This document shows, piece by piece, positions 61,731 through 64,000 of a stretch of 64,000 nt of DNA. The DNA comes from Camelus ferus (lineage: Eukaryota): contig NC_045707.1 in the NCBI RefSeq assembly GCF_009834535.1, positions 61,196,001 to 61,260,000 on the forward strand. The letters are read 5' to 3'. Numbering within the stretch: position 1 is the stretch's first letter; every line of letters starts with the position of its first letter. The notes below the pieces were generated by a model. That model was not told where the DNA came from. It was given only the letters and a program-made list of their open reading frames with translations, and searched no databases. Both the position numbers and the translations under genes were made by a program.

Positions 61731-62524
61731 GCCATTATCCTCTTGTAACTTGATACATTTGATTTTGGAAAAAAGAGTCTCAAGGTGATAAATAAGGAGT
61801 TCCTTTTTACAAAGAAATATTTGTTCTTGTTATTATTTATCCTAGGGGTCATGGGAAAAAAAATTGTGTTTGTTGGTGATAGTTTTAATATGGTCTGTTC
61901 TTTCTGACTTGTCAGAAGTCTGTATTTTGATAAGATAGAAATATATATTTATATTATATCTATATAAGCACTCATACACATGCATGTGTATTTTGCTTCT
62001 ATTAATAGTTCCTTTGTCTACAGGAATGGAAGACAAATGCATCTGAATTTGTGCAGAATGGAAACATCACAGTTGTAAAATAAACTGATCCTATAGATAC
62101 TATATGAGCCATTTACATACTGATAAGTCATGTCTGACATAAACTGCAAGAATACGATATGGTACACATTAATCTCGTTTCTTCATGAAAGCTAGAGCAA
62201 AAATGGTTATGTTCTAAAATAAAGGAGAATATTATTAAACAAAATTCAAGCCTTTCCTCCCCTTTGCCTGAAAAAAAGGCAGCACTCTCCTTAACCCTCT
62301 TGATTTTCAATGCTGTGATTTTAAAATGTCTCTGCTAGTTTCTCAGGACAGTCATTACATTTTTGTTTTTGTCATCTTTTAGAGCCATTGGTTGCTGGGC
62401 AGATTCAGGCCAGAATTCATCAGCCGCATCTTTTACTTGCTGGCTAGTACTAACTCTAAGGAAGGAGACTGGTACTTTACTGACATTTCCCCCAGTTCCC
62501 TACAGCATGTTGATCAGTTTACTT

Positions 62525-62633
62525 GTCAGTGCTTAATAACGTGCACTCTGGAGTCAGATTGCATGGGTTGGAATCCAGGCTCTGCCTCTTTGTTAGCTAG
62601 GCAGTCTTGGGCTAGTTATTCAAACTATCTGAG

Positions 62634-62669
<36 letters not shown>

Positions 62670-62785
62670 AAAAACTGTGGGAAAAAATAGCATCTCCTAT
62701 GCAGGATTTTTGGGAAGGTCAAAGGAGATAACACAAGTGAAGTGATTATTCCCCGGTGCAAATTAAGGAATTGCTGTTATTATGA
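62525..62785 (+). mobile_element. MIR SINE with an expanded internal poly(T) (~62636-62662)
   Basis: ctctggagtcagattgcatgggttggaatccaggctctgcc...gtcttgggctagttatt. Confidence 0.8.
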
Positions 62786-63244
62786 TTGCATATGAAATTA
62801 AGTATTCTGAACCCTGAGAGAGACGGAGAAGGTCAGATTACCTATATTTTCCAAAAGCTGCATCTGGGCCTCAATGGCCAGCCCACACAGGTGTTCAGAG
62901 CTATTCTGTAGACTTGTCAGTCATGGAGTTGTTATTCTCTCTGCTCTCTTGACTTTCAAAGGACTAAGAAGAAGGCCCTTTGTTAGTCACTGAAGGATAT
63001 CCATTGGCCAGAGTATGTCTGACCATGGCCTCTTAAGGAACAAAAAAAATCATTCTTTATTCATGTTCGAACTTCCTCTCCAGGAAGTAAAACAATGCAG
63101 TAGACAACAGCCTTCTGTCTCAGGTGAGTTCAGGCTAGATAAACAGATAAACAGAGCGCTGCCTGGTTCTTCCTTTCTCCCATTCTTACAAATGTATAAT
63201 TAGAGTGTTGCTCTGAAGTTCCTATTTCCCAAGGTAAGTGCCCT

Positions 63245-63405
63245 GTGTATGCATTTACAGTTCACTCAGGCTCCTTCTCAGTAAACCACCCACCACCCCC
63301 CAAGGTGTCTACTCCTCTGATTTATTATTTTTGTATTAGTTTTCTAGAACTTCAAATTCATTAAATTATAAAGTATGTTGTATTCTTTTGTGTCTATCCT
63401 TCTTC
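63245..63405 (-). mobile_element. Ancient L1M fragment
   Basis: ctactcctctgatttat...ttttctagaacttcaaattcattaaattataaagtatg...ttttgtgtctatccttctt. Confidence 0.55.
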
Positions 63406-64000
63406 AGACTGCTGGGGAAGCTGGATGGCATGTCTTCTGCAGAGAGACCAAATTTATAAGTTACTAGCATATCTTTTTTCCCTTCTGCCCTCAAATGTCA
63501 CTGCTGGATAGAACTAACACCCACCACTATTGAAAGGCTGAAATATGTCAGCGGGTCCTCAAAATATATTCTCCAACAGACAAAATACATTTTAGTCAGT
63601 TGCCATTGAAATATGTCAATAGTATCTTATTCAAGTGTTTTGAGGTGAATAGACTTCTGTGAAATAATCTGGGAATCTAGTTGACATGGGCATCCATCTA
63701 CATATTTTAAAGAGTGACTGGAGAGTGTCAACTTCTCCAGTAAACCTGGGAAGTGGTGAGGAATGCTCTGGTGCACCTTGGTACCCCCTATACATCTGTT
63801 GAGTTGTTTGCTTATTATTTAAGTTTGACTTGGTTCCCAAACCTGTATATGCCAGGTATCTTATTCTTTTACTTACATACTTTAAAAATTATATGAATTG
63901 GTGACATGTGAGTATAAAAAGAGAAGCTTTTTGATTTTATGGCAACTAAATTTTTTGTGTCATGGAAAGGGCACAATACCTTTAGGTGGCTAAAAAAATC

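Noticed and set aside
86..63840. The short ORFs in the supplied track (60-172 aa) as protein-coding genes
   Set aside because: Many start at non-ATG codons, overlap repeats or microsatellites, and show no recognisable domains. Only L1 ORF2 remnants (such as 41256-41495 and 46124-46384) are identifiable.
1..64000. CRISPR arrays, operons or other prokaryotic/viral systems; full-length ERV or L1
   Set aside because: There are no spaced direct-repeat arrays or long ORFs. The sequence is typical mammalian repeat-rich non-coding DNA with only solo LTRs and truncated LINEs.

Overview
This is AT-rich, CpG-depleted mammalian genomic DNA, most likely camelid (alpaca, llama or camel), judged from two tRNA-derived Vic-1-type SINEs and camelid-style L1 3' ends. 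I can support no protein-coding gene, RNA gene or CpG island. The only recognisable protein text in the ORF track is decayed LINE-1 ORF2. Much of the window is interspersed repeats: L1, L2, L3/CR1, MIR, MER3/MER5/MER58 hAT elements, two Tigger-type elements, MaLR LTRs and three ERV1-type solo LTRs with 4-bp target-site duplications (TSDs). Most L1s and LTRs lie on the minus strand and long T-runs outnumber A-runs, which suggests an intron of a long plus-strand transcript. The most notable leads are: (1) a 284-bp poly(A)-tailed insert with a perfect 16-bp TSD that is not an active element (orphan transduction or retrocopy, 56033-56348); (2) a 45-nt cassette-exon candidate followed by a YGCY cluster and UG repeat (18063-18107); (3) a recursive-splice-site-like arrangement near 63124; (4) two L1s that keep both ends but lack their middles; (5) a solo LTR containing an internal polypurine tract and a second LTR start. 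I found no evidence of a wholly new biological system. Repeat family names come from recalled consensus sequences, not database searches, and boundaries without a TSD are approximate.
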